A DNA stretch of 64,000 nt from Camelus dromedarius (Eukaryota), in the NCBI RefSeq assembly GCF_036321535.1, contig NC_087437.1, forward strand, positions 2,356,001-2,420,000. The letters run 5' to 3'. The notes beneath the pieces were generated by a model that made no database searches, was not told the DNA's origin, and worked only from the letters and a program-made list of their open reading frames with translations. How positions within the stretch are numbered: the first letter of the stretch is position 1; each line of letters starts with the position of its first letter. A program made the position numbers and the translations under genes. This document shows, piece by piece, positions 1 to 11,304 of the stretch.

Positions 1-496
1 AAGAGACCTAAGATCGACTGCCTACCTGAATATTTTCCCCAGTAGGCAGAGAAGTGTAGAGGGTATGTTCCTTATAGCATGGAAGGATTTTCTTTATTGC
101 ATGTAAAGTGTTAATACTGGAAGCAGTCAGATATTATATGTTTCTTAAATTATCTCCTTCAAATCTTACTATGATGCTACTAAGTGAGAGTATTTTCCTT
201 TTTATAGACCAAAAGAAAAAAAAAAAAAAAAAGAAATACTTAGTAAGTTGCTCAAAGTCAGGTAGATTTTTGCGTCTGACAGGGGTTAAACTCCAGCCCC
301 TCCCCAAACTGCCCATTCCACCAAGCCAACAGCGTCCTGTTCTCTTCTTGAGAGTGGTTGTGGCAAATAAATCCCAGCTGTGTATGTTCTTCTTATATAA
401 TCTCTCTTCTTGTGGAGGAGGAAGAATAAAATATATCAATTAAATCATCTTTAAACTAAATAACTTGCTTCTGAGACCCATCAAAATCAAAAGGAG

Positions 497-586
497 TGGT
501 GGAGGTATGACTCAGTACAGAGCACGTGTCTGGGATGTGTGAGGTCCTGGGTTCAATCTCCAGTACCTCCATTAAAAGGATAGAAT
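497..586 (+). mobile_element. tRNA-derived SINE (camelid-type, Vic-1-like)
   Basis: Pol III B-box-like ggttcaatctcc and A-rich tail. Flanked by TSD aaaatcaaaaggag (483-496) / aaaatcaaaagtag (587-600). Confidence 0.85.
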
Positions 587-1369
587 AAAATCAAAAGTAG
601 ATACTGCATTTCAAATGCATAAAGCCAACATTTGCTGTAGAAAGAGTTATTCAGGATAAACTTCAAAAGTAGGATCTGAAATTAATACAAAGACTATATG
701 AAGAATGTATTGAAGAATAGTGCCTCTGCTGTACAATGGGAATGTGTGTCTAAAGAAACGGGCTCGCATAGCAATTTTCAGTGATATGTATACAATTACT
801 GGCTGTCAAATAAAGTTACATTCATTAAATCTCAGATCCAGACACAGGAACTTTAACCATAGAACCATCCTTTGGTGAGTATTTTTAAAGTCTATGATTA
901 CTATTGGTATTGTTACTTATTCCCTGTACCTTAGATTAATTACTAAAAATATCTTCTGATCCTATGAATAAGAGGAAAAAGTTTTAGGAACTGATTTGAG
1001 GATTAACTTCAGATTTCATCATTAAACTTAGACTTATATGTAATATTCTTAATAGAGAGGAACATAAGTATTCTTGTAGGAATTTTTAGAAATAATTCCA
1101 AACAGTAATTCATATCAGCATGAAGTCATAAATAACTTTATTATAGGCAAATTGAAAAAAAAAAAGTGAATTTCTTAAACTCTAGAATTTTTTCAGAATT
1201 GAGAATTCTGAAAGCCCACAGAATTCAAACCCGGTAATCTAAATAAACAGGCCTGAGTTGGGACTGAGGAACCTGACCGTCATTAGTAAGGTATGCATAC
1301 TTAGATACAGAGTAGGACCCCGGTGTTTCATAACACACTCTGAGGAACAACTGAGATAGCAGGTCCAAT

Positions 1370-1885
1370 TGTTACAAAGTCCAAAATTGTTCTGCTCACC
1401 ACACAACAGGCCAGTAAGTTGGGAGACTAGGTGTTGGGGCAAGGAATAATAACTATTTGGAAAGTGGGCAGACCGAGAAGATGCAGACTAAAAATGTCCT
1501 GGAGAACCATCTTCCCCAAGGCAGAATTCAGGCTCCTTTTTTACTAAAAAGGGGAGGGGGTGTGGTTGGTTGTTGCAAACTTCTTGGTGTCAGAATCCTT
1601 TGTTCTGCAGCCTTCCATGTGGGTCAGGTCATACTGTCCCTGTAAACTTCCAACAACATGTTATTTTCTATTCTGCAACTTTTTAATCTTTATATGAACA
1701 GGAAAATGTTATACTCTTAAATAGCGCAGCCTTGGCAATGGGCTGCCCTGTCTATTTCAGGCTCTGGGCAACATTCTTTTACAAAAGGGGCAGAACCAGG
1801 ATGAGTCAGCTCTGGACACAGAGCACAGCGCTAGAGCTAAAGGCACAGGTTTAATATGGATTCAGCTTTGTTCTCCCCTATTTCA
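1370..1885 (-). mobile_element. Solo LTR, ERV1-like
   Basis: TG...CA termini (tgttaca...tttca), ~516 bp, near-matching 4-bp flanks caat/ccat. Family assigned by eye. Confidence 0.65.
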
Positions 1886-2055
1886 CCATGAACAGGGAAT
1901 TCTAAGAAGTGGGCAAATTATACATTTAAGAAGACAACACAATGTTTTCATTTTAAGAAAATAAAAAGATGAATACCTGCTTCAATTATACTTTAATTAT
2001 AATCATTAAGAAAAATCAAAGTATCACTATGTATATAGACACTCCCGGTCATCCA

Positions 2056-2190
2056 GCCATTCATTCAATTAATATTCACTAAGTTCAGTTCCTGCCATGT
2101 GTGTCCCAGGCTCTGGTAACAGGGATACATGGGGAACAAGAGATTTAGGGTCCCTGTGTCAGCAGAGCTGTCAGTCCTATGAGAAAGATT
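2056..2190 (-). mobile_element. L2 3' end fragment
   Basis: cattcattcaa...ccatgtgtgtcccaggctctgg resembles the reverse complement of the L2 tail. Confidence 0.5.
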
Positions 2191-2584
2191 GCCATCTGAT
2201 TGCCAAAAAGCAAGCAAAAATAAAATAAAATAATTAACAATTCTTATTGGATTTCTAATGAAAAGAAGGTAGGTTTTCAATTACAAAAGAGAAGTATTTG
2301 AGGGTGAATTGTGTCACATAACAGAAAAAAATCTCAGTGAGGCATTTCTGAGGAAATTATGGTGAGTTCTCCAAGAAAGAAAATTTAACAGCTTCCTCTG
2401 TGATGTCTGTGTTGGTCTTGCCAGGCTGTTCCTGGCTGTAACTGAGCAGGAGTCAGGAACTTATATTCCTGGATGTCTTTGCAAAGTTCAAAGTTCATTT
2501 CATTGGGTCTCAGAGCACATCTCTTGACAAACAAGAGAATTTTAACTTATAGCTCATTTTATACAGAATAGTTTGTACCTCTTT

Positions 2585-3620
2585 CTTTCTTTTGTTATTA
2601 AAATATAGTTGATTTACAATGTTGTGTTAGTTTCAGGTGTACAGCAAAGTGATTCAGTTACACATACATATATTATTTTTTAGATTACTTTCCATTATCG
2701 ATACTGAATATAGTTCCCTCTGCTATACAGTATGACCTTGCTGTTTATCTATTTTATATATGGTAGTGTGTATATTTTAATCCCAAACTCCAAATTTATC
2801 CTCCCCATACCTTTCCCCTTTGGTAACCGTAAGTTTATTTTCTATGTCTGTGACACTATTTCTGGTTTGTAAATAAATTCACTTGTATTATTTTCTTAGA
2901 TTTCACATATAAGCAATATCATGATAGTTGCCTTTGTCTGTCTGACTTACTTCATTTAATATAATAATCTCTAGGTCCATTCATGTTGCTGGAAATGGCA
3001 TTATTTTATTATTTTTTCTGGCAGGGTAGTACTCCATGTATATATACAATGCATCTTCTTTATCCAATCATCTGTTAATGGACATTTAAGTTGTTTCTGT
3101 ATCTTGATGTTTTGTTATTGAGTCATATACACTGTATATATATTCTGGAAATTAAGCCTTTGTCAGTTGCATCGTTTGCAAATATTTTCTCCCATTCCAT
3201 AGGTTGTCTTTTTGTTTTGCTTATGGTTTCCTTTGCTGTGCAAAAGCTTATAAGTTTAGTTAGGTCTCATTTGTTTATCTTGGCTTTTATTTCTATTGCC
3301 TGGGTAGAATGCCCTAGAAGAACATTGCTAAGATTTATGTCAGAGAATGGTTTACCTATGTTTTCTTCTAGGAGGTGTATAGTGTCTTTCCTTATGTTTA
3401 AGTCTTTAAGCCATTTTAAGTTTATTTTTGTGTATGGTGTGAGGGAGTGTTCTAACTTCATTGATATACACGCTGCTGTCCTGTTTTCCCAACACCACTA
3501 GCTGAAGAGACTGTCTTTACTCCATTGTATATTCTTACCTCCTTTGTCAAAAATTAATTGACTGTAAGTCTGTGGGTTTATTTCTGGGCTCTCTTTCTGT
3601 TCCATTGGTCTATATGTCTT
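2585..3620 (-). mobile_element. L1 3'UTR plus ORF2 3' fragment, internal deletion near 3105
   Basis: Minus-strand ORF 3267-3461 (LTPYTKINLKWLKDLNIR...) is L1 ORF2. Typical 3'UTR at 2600-2960. Confidence 0.9.
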
Positions 3621-4620
3621 TAACCATCTAACCACAAAATACCTTACTCTCTTAATTACTATAGATTTATAATGTATATAACTCTCAATATCTGATAAAC
3701 TCTATCTCCCTTCTTATTTGATATAACATTGTCTTGGCTATTCTTGTCTCTGCCCTTGAGTACCAAATTTATCAGTTTTTAGTAGAAATTGATTACATTT
3801 GCAGATTGTGGGGAAAAATGATTTTTATAAGATACTAACTATTATATCCATCTCTACTTCTACATTTATGTAAATCCTGGGTTTGCTGTTGAAGACGATT
3901 TTATAATTATCACTACAGATGTTCTGCAAATTTCTTTACATATTGTTAAAAATGCATTGAAATGTATCTGTTTTTATGTTGACATTTTATTCAGCAAACT
4001 TGATGAAGGCTTTCTTCCAAAAGACTGTCCTTTTCTATGTGGAATTACTGTATGGTACAGGGCTCCCCACTATTTGCAGTGGAACCCTGCTGTGTCACAA
4101 ATAGGTTACAATTGTGGCAAGATATTGATCTGAATCTTTGAGCAATTTCTGTGTATCTCCTGAGATGAAAAATGCTGGCAAGGACTGAATAGACAATCAT
4201 AACTTCATTTGTTCTTTTCTTTTCTTTTTCCCTCATCACGCTGTTATGGTGGAGCCCCTCAGCACAACATTGAATAGATGCTGTCATTGCATCTTCCTTC
4301 TCTTGCTATGGATTTTTAAAGAAAATGTTTATAATGTGTTCTTTAAAAATGATGTGTGTTGTTGCTTGTTAGTAAATAACCACTATCAGATCTAGAAATC
4401 TCCCTTTCATTCCTAATGTTCTGGCATTTTATACTCAGAGTTTGTGGAATTTTATTAAATATATTTTTCCTGCATTGACTAGTTGATCCTGTGATTTTGT
4501 TTCATGACTTTGCCAATGTGAACAATTATGTCAATAATTTTCTTTGCTGCTAGATTCTTCTTGTATTCTTACCCATATGCATTTTTAAATAAAATGCTGT
4601 AGTCAGTGTGAAGTATTTTA
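3620..4620 (-). mobile_element. Old, degenerate L1 (L1M-type) ORF2 fragments
   Basis: Decayed antisense ORF2 motifs (gtcttggctattctt, ttcattcctaat, ttttattaaat). Confidence 0.5.
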
Positions 4621-6071
4621 ATTAATCTTTTTACTTATAGATAATTGTAGATTCATATGCAAGTGTAAGAAATACTAGATAGTGATCTCATGTACCATTT
4701 ATTCAATTTTCCAGTTGTCATGAATTTAATCCATCCTTCCCGTTATACTTTTCAGCCATTCTATCAGTCACCATAAACATGTTTACATAATGGTTTACTT
4801 AAAGTTTTCCTGATTTTTAGCCTACAATAAGGGATGTCTCCTTTTAAATAATATATATCATATAAAGCAAAACTCAACCAGGAAAGCAGTAACTTTCCTG
4901 AAAATAGAACTAAAATATGAAGCATTACAATCTTTGACTTACAAAAATACCTTTTGGTCTCATTAAACCTTTACTCTCATAAATAAATAAGGTTACACTG
5001 ATATTTTCATTGACTGTTGCATAAATGTAACATTGTATAGTACAGGCAACATTAAAAAATTTGATCTTTTTTTTAAATTACTCTAAAAGCTAACCAGTTA
5101 ATGAAATACATTCATATAAGAATTTGTCTTTGAATTTTTCCCTTAAATCAGTGAGAAAATCTCAGTTATTTAAGCATATTTAAACATAAATTTAACATAA
5201 CTTAAACATAAAATTTAGGGATGTTAGGTTCAGATACAACGTTAATTTTTTCACTTGTTCATTACACAAACTGACCCAGCAACAATGCAAAGTATAAACC
5301 TTGCAGAATATTAGCCTTTTAGCCCCCAAGGCCAAATGCATAATAAATATTAAACATGCTGCAGAGGGTAGAGATAATTGAATTATAAAATTACAGAAAA
5401 CAACGACATTTTGATTGGAATAAGATCAGTAGGTCTTCACAGAGGAGGAACAGTATAAATAAAGCCTTAAAATATTGATACAATTTTCACATTAAGGGCA
5501 TATTTCAGATGCTGTCAGGAGTAGCACGTGTCAATGGTTTTTGTAGTATGTTTAGAGGAGGGAGGAAGACAGGGAGAGATTCAGGGCTCCATCATGTAGC
5601 CTCTCAAAAGTGATGCATTTTAAAGACAGCTTGCTTCTTTATGTAAAATATACGCAAATTTTATAAAGCACTCATAATTTTTTTGTTTTATTGTGTTTTG
5701 TTTTTAAATATTGGCCTTTCCATCTGTAACATATTCTGCTTCCCACCATCTGTGCATAAATGGTTCATGTCCTTAACAAAGTCCACAATGTTTAGCAAAG
5801 CTTGGCTCCCAAGCACCCTTACCACTTAATCCTCCACGTTACTCCCCAGCCATTTGGCCCTGTTTTATTTTCAGTGACGTTCTGTTCGCTCAAAAGGGCA
5901 GGTTTGTGATGAGATCAGCTGGGTTTACCTTGAAAGCCTGATTTTCAAGAGGATGTGTGAGTAAAACAGTGGGAGGCGGAGGTCTGTGATATCGCTGGCT
6001 AAAGGACTGAAATGATTTGAAGAGGAGGCGTGACTCAGATTTCAGGTCTCATTGTTGAGTGAAAACAAAAC

Positions 6072-7505
6072 ATGGCATTTCAAATCGTTATTTTCCCCCG
6101 GGCCAAAACAAGGAGTCAAAGTGAAAGAAACAGCGCCCAACTGCAGCTGGCAGTCCCTCTGGCTGTCCGACCGAGAGGCGCCGCGGAGCCCCGGGCCTGG
6201 GGCGCTTGCTCACCGGCGGGGCGACCCCCGGCGGCCGGGCGGGCGGCGCAGAGGCCCCGAGGCAGGGGCGGCGGCTCAGGCGGCTCAGGCGGCTCAGGCG
6301 GCGGCTCAGGCGGCTCAGGCGGCTCAGGCGGCTCCGGCGGCGGCGGCGGCTCAGGCGGCTCAGGCGGCGGCGGCTCAGGCGGCGGCGGCGGCTCAGGCGG
6401 CGGCGGCTCAGGCGGCTCAGGCGGCTCCGGCGGCGGCGGCGGCTCAGGCGGCTCAGGCGGCTCAGGCGGAGGCGGCGGCTCAGGCGGCTCAGGCGGCGGC
6501 GGCTCAGGCGGCTCAGGCGGCTCAGGCGGCTCAGGCGGCTCAGGCGGAGGCGGCGGCTCAGGCGGCTCAGGCGGCGGCGGCTCAGGCGGCTCAGGCGGCT
6601 CCGGCGGCGGCTCAGGCGGCTCAGGCGGCTCAGGCGGAGGCGGCGGCTCAGGCGGCTCCGGCGGCGGCGGCTCAGGCGGCTCCGGCGGCGGCGGCGGCGG
6701 CTCAGGCGGCGGCGGCTCAGGCGGCTCAGGCGGCTCCGGCGGCGGCTCAGGCGGCTCAGGCGGCTCAGGCGGCGGCGGCTCAGGCGGCTCAGGCGGCGGC
6801 GGCTCAGGCGGCTCAGGCGGCTCCGGCGGCGGCGGCGGCGGCTCAGGCGGCTCAGGCGGCTCAGGCGGAGGCGGCGGCTCAGGCGGCTCCGGCGGCGGCG
6901 GCTCAGGCGGCTCCGGCGGCGGCGGCGGCGGCTCAGGCGGCGGCGGCTCAGGCGGCTCAGGCGGCTCCGGCGGCGGCTCAGGCGGCTCAGGCGGCTCAGG
7001 CGGCGGCGGCTCAGGCGGCTCAGGCGGCTCAGGCGGCTCAGGCGGCTCAGGCGGAGGCGGCGGCTCAGGCGGCTCCGGCGGCGGCGGCTCAGGCGGCTCC
7101 GGCGGCGGCGGCGGCGGCTCAGGCGGCGGCGGCTCAGGCGGCTCAGGCGGCTCCGGCGGCGGCTCAGGCGGCTCAGGCGGCTCAGGCGGCGGCGGCTCAG
7201 GCGGCTCAGGCGGCGGCGGCTCAGGCGGCTCAGGCGGCTCCGGCGGCGGCGGCGGCGGCTCAGGCGGCTCAGGCGGCTCAGGCGGAGGCGGCGGCTCAGG
7301 CGGCTCCGGCGGCGGCGGCTCAGGCGGCTCCGGCGGCGGCGGCGGCGGCTCAGGCGGCGGCGGCTCAGGCGGCTCAGGCGGCTCAGGCGGCGGCGGCTCA
7401 GGCGGCTCAGGCGGCGGCGGCTCAGGCGGCGGCGGCGGCGTCCCGGGCGGCACCGCACTCGGGGGCCGCCGCCGGGTGACGCGGCGACCGCTGCGGCAGG
7501 CTTAG
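6072..7505 (+). CDS. Putative 477-aa poly-Gly/Ser ORF (hypothetical, repeat-derived)
   Basis: True ATG in strong Kozak context (aaacATGG), open through the whole repeat, stop at 7503-7505. No evidence of expression from sequence alone. Confidence 0.25.
   Translation: MAFQIVIFPRAKTRSQSERNSAQLQLAVPLAVRPRGAAEPRAWGACSPAGRPPAAGRAAQRPRGRGGGSGGSGGSGGGSGGSGGSGGSGGGGGSGGSGGGGSGGGGGSGGGGSGGSGGSGGGGGSGGSGGSGGGGGSGGSGGGGSGGSGGSGGSGGSGGGGGSGGSGGGGSGGSGGSGGGSGGSGGSGGGGGSGGSGGGGSGGSGGGGGGSGGGGSGGSGGSGGGSGGSGGSGGGGSGGSGGGGSGGSGGSGGGGGGSGGSGGSGGGGGSGGSGGGGSGGSGGGGGGSGGGGSGGSGGSGGGSGGSGGSGGGGSGGSGGSGGSGGSGGGGGSGGSGGGGSGGSGGGGGGSGGGGSGGSGGSGGGSGGSGGSGGGGSGGSGGGGSGGSGGSGGGGGGSGGSGGSGGGGGSGGSGGGGSGGSGGGGGGSGGGGSGGSGGSGGGGSGGSGGGGSGGGGGVPGGTALGGRRRVTRRPLRQA
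6267..7440 (+). repeat. GC-rich tandem repeat, (GGC)2-6 interrupted by TCA/TCC (core GGCGGCTCA), 1174 bp
   Basis: Directly visible. All units are multiples of 3. Rare GGA variants at 6470, 6548, 6638, 6869, 7055, 7286. Confidence 0.98.
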
Positions 7506-7678
7506 GCGCCACGTGGGCCCCGGCCTCAGTCAGTCCCACCGGATCCGCTCTCCGGAACACCCCATCTTCTCCCGCCGATCCGCGATCACCGAGGCGGCCT
7601 CGTGCCCCCTCGCCCGCTCCTGTCCCTCCCCTGCCTCCGTCCTCGCCTCGGGGCCGCCGCCGCCGCCCGCCTCCCACG

Positions 7679-8117
<439 letters not shown>

Positions 8118-9369
8118 TTAAAGAAATTATTGGATAACCTCTACAAATAAAAATAGGGAAACTGAAAGTCCTTTTGATTTCCATCTGACTGCTTTCTATG
8201 TGCCCACACCTCATCTTCCCCCGTGCACATGTTTACCTGATAACAGCAGTGCTGCGTGTTGCACATACTTGGAACAACAAACTATAACTCCTGCACTTTT
8301 GTACCAACATTGCCTCCAAGCAGAGAAATGTGTGTGTGACAAGCCAGTTCTCCAGGCATAACCTCGGTGCGAGATTAAAAGCTTTCCTTATTGACTTCAA
8401 TTTGGATAACAGCAAGGTGAGTGGTGGTGGGTATAGTGTGTGCTTGAAAGGGGAAGAAAAGCTCCACTGACCTGTAGGAGGTGGTTTTTTTAAGTGGAAT
8501 CCTATTAAACTCAAAACAGTTTTGAAAAGCAAGGAGAAGAACACAAAGCTGTTTCTGTATTCATTTCATTCTAAGGACCTACATCTTAGGTGAAAGTTAT
8601 GACCAACCAGATTAAACTCTACCCACATCCTGTGTTTTAAGGTCTAAGTTTAACTGGTCAACATTTAAATGGATTGGAGCTATGAGTATGTGAAGTGTGA
8701 TGGGCTTTGATCCAACTCTTTTACATCTCCCCACCCTTTATCCTTCAGCCCCTTTCTCGCTTCCATATTCTTTGGTTTGTATGTGGTTTCTCAGTTAATG
8801 CATAGCTAATAGCTCTTATTTTTCTTATGTTTTTAACTGCTTAGCTCTATCTGTATGTAAGGGTGAAAATTCATTTGATGGAAATACTTGTTTATAGTTA
8901 AAGACCCATTTGCTCCTCTGGAGCTTGTACATTCAAGAATGATTAATCTGTGTAATAAACTGATTATTACAGTCATTACATATATATATATAAAAGTAAA
9001 TGAAACATGTTGAAGAGACAAATCCAGGTCTATTTGAAGCAGAGAGTAAATCTATTTTCAAATTTTAAAAGTCATTACAAAGTTCCCTCTGGTACTAGTT
9101 TTTATTAGAAAATATCAGTATAAAGTCATCATCTCATTAACAACTCCTGAAATATTTCTATTTTCTTGCCTTTGGGAAATGTAATAAATACATCCCTAAG
9201 GGCTTGTAGGCTGATCCAAAGTTTTAGATGTTTCATAGTCTCTGATCCTAACTGGATATTATTAATTTTATCTCTAATATAAAGAGTTTGGACATGATTT
9301 AATTATTTCTGGGATTTTTCCAACCTCAAACATTCTCTAAGTCACATTTTCATAGCTCTAAAAAGAGTG

Positions 9370-10285
9370 CGCATGAAGAAAATGCCCAAATATTAATCTC
9401 CAGACATATTTTCTCTAAACTTTCATATCTCATGTCCAACTTGATATGTTTCCTGGAATTCTCATCAGCATTTCATTTCAACATGCCCCAAATCAAACAC
9501 CTATATTCCTTACCACCCTCTCCCCTCCCCTTATTCTGTCTATTCTTCTCCTTGGTCAAGGCAAAAAAACTTGCATTTATCCTTGACTTCTCTCTTCTCT
9601 TGCATCTAAACTGAATCCCTCAGAAAATCCTGTTGCCCCTACCAACAAAATAGAATTGAAATCTGCTGCTCACTACTTCCATCACTACCATCTCAGTGTC
9701 ATTTCATCATCTTTAGCATCTTTAGCTGGTTTACTGGACATGGTCTCCAAATTAATCACTCCACCTTTGCCTTTTCCTCCAATAGCAGCAAGAGTGATTC
9801 TGTTTAAATGTGAATCAGATCATGTCACTCTGCTAAAACCTTCCACTTAATGGCTGCCTAGATCACCATAATACGAGCCCTTAAAATGCCTGATGAGGAC
9901 CTGCATGGTCTGGCCTCTTTCCATCTCTGACCTCATCTCCCATCTCACTAGTCCCTCTCTTACTCTTTTGCAGTCTTACTGCCACCTTGCTGAACTGTGC
10001 AACTAGACACTTCCTGACCACATTATTTAGTAATAAACCCTATGTCCCCACTCAAGCACTCTCCATCCTCCTTTTTGCTTTTTTCCCTTCACTGTCACCA
10101 ATTAACTTGCTATATATTGTAATAATAATAATAATAATAATTAATAATAATAATAATGAAAAATGTGTATGTACTTGTTATGTTCTTCTAGCAGAATGAA
10201 AACCCATGGAAGGGACCATTTTGATCTGCTTTGTTAATTATTCTAGCTCCAGTACCTAGAAGAGCCCCTGGCACATAATAATGTC
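9370..10285 (+). mobile_element. L2 3' portion, degenerate
   Basis: L2 motifs (ccttgacttctctc, tcagatcatgtcactctgct, ccctggcacata). Contains an (AAT)n at ~10121-10157. Confidence 0.75.
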
Positions 10286-11304
10286 CTGTTTACCATATCA
10301 ATAACTAACTTTGGGGAAAAAACTATTTATGAAATTACTCTTTCAATACTGTTTTATGAAAAGCTTAATATCTACTCTGAAAATATCACAATATTCCTTT
10401 AATGTTCCCTTTATAAACCTGAGTAATGTTTAGCCTATCTGCTTAGTTTCATAAAGCTGAAGATTTTAATTAAGTGGATTTGAAGCTTGCTGTTATTGTT
10501 GGATGTTTTCTTGTTTTCCAGAAGGAATCTGGTGAGGGATTTTTCTTTATTATAGTCCATATTTTTAAAAATACAATAAAAATTTACCAGAGACATTGGC
10601 TTGATACTGTTAAATGTAAATCTTGTGAGAGATTTATATTTGAACTTGGAAAATTTAGACAAGTTTATAAAATGATGAAGTTAATTTAATTTTGTACTTG
10701 TTTCTTCATGCATTTAATTGGAATTTTTTAAAGTTAGGCATTATTACTAAAATTACTAGTTCAACTTTTCAAAGCTAACTCTGACTTCATACCTCATTTC
10801 CTTTATAATATCAATGGCCATTTGGATATAATCTTAACTCTACATTACCTAATAACATTTATTTCTCAATTAGCAAGTGATCAGGAACAAAATTGGATCA
10901 AGATGTCTTTCAACATATAAAGATACTTCCACCAATAATACATTACTTTCATATTTAATGAACAAATAGATAAGATAAATACAATATTTTCAAAATACAT
11001 GACAACAAAATATACTCAGAAGAGAAACACTGTAACCACCATTACAATCATATATTCTTAATTTTGTCCCAATTATTATATGCATCTTAGGTGACTTCCT
11101 AGGATACAGCAGTATCACCCAAGGAGAAAACTTGAATAGAAGAAAAGTGCGTTTAGCACGCGGTCTGGAGGAATGCCAGCAATGAAAGTGCACACGAAGT
11201 AAGAGGCAGAGACACCGATCTGCAGGCACTGATGGGAGCAATAGAAGAGGTAAGACAGTGACGTTAGGAAGTCAAGATGAAGGAGCGTTCAAAAACTAGG
11301 CTAT

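Noticed and set aside
6267..7440. Synthetic GS-linker or vector contamination
   Set aside because: The array is embedded seamlessly in the retrocopy UTR, has natural higher-order structure, and no vector features are nearby.
6052..7479. 475-aa Ala/Gln ORF resembling antifreeze or silk proteins
   Set aside because: Starts at TTG, not ATG. Its openness follows automatically from the 3n repeat.
6088..7677. Minus-strand Arg/Ser-rich (protamine-like) and Pro/Glu ORFs
   Set aside because: Non-ATG starts, and they are simply antisense readings of the repeat.
10522..10531. Possible 10-nt microexon (ttttccag|AAGGAATCTG|gtgagg)
   Set aside because: Isolated, with no gene context. Such matches arise by chance in 64 kb.
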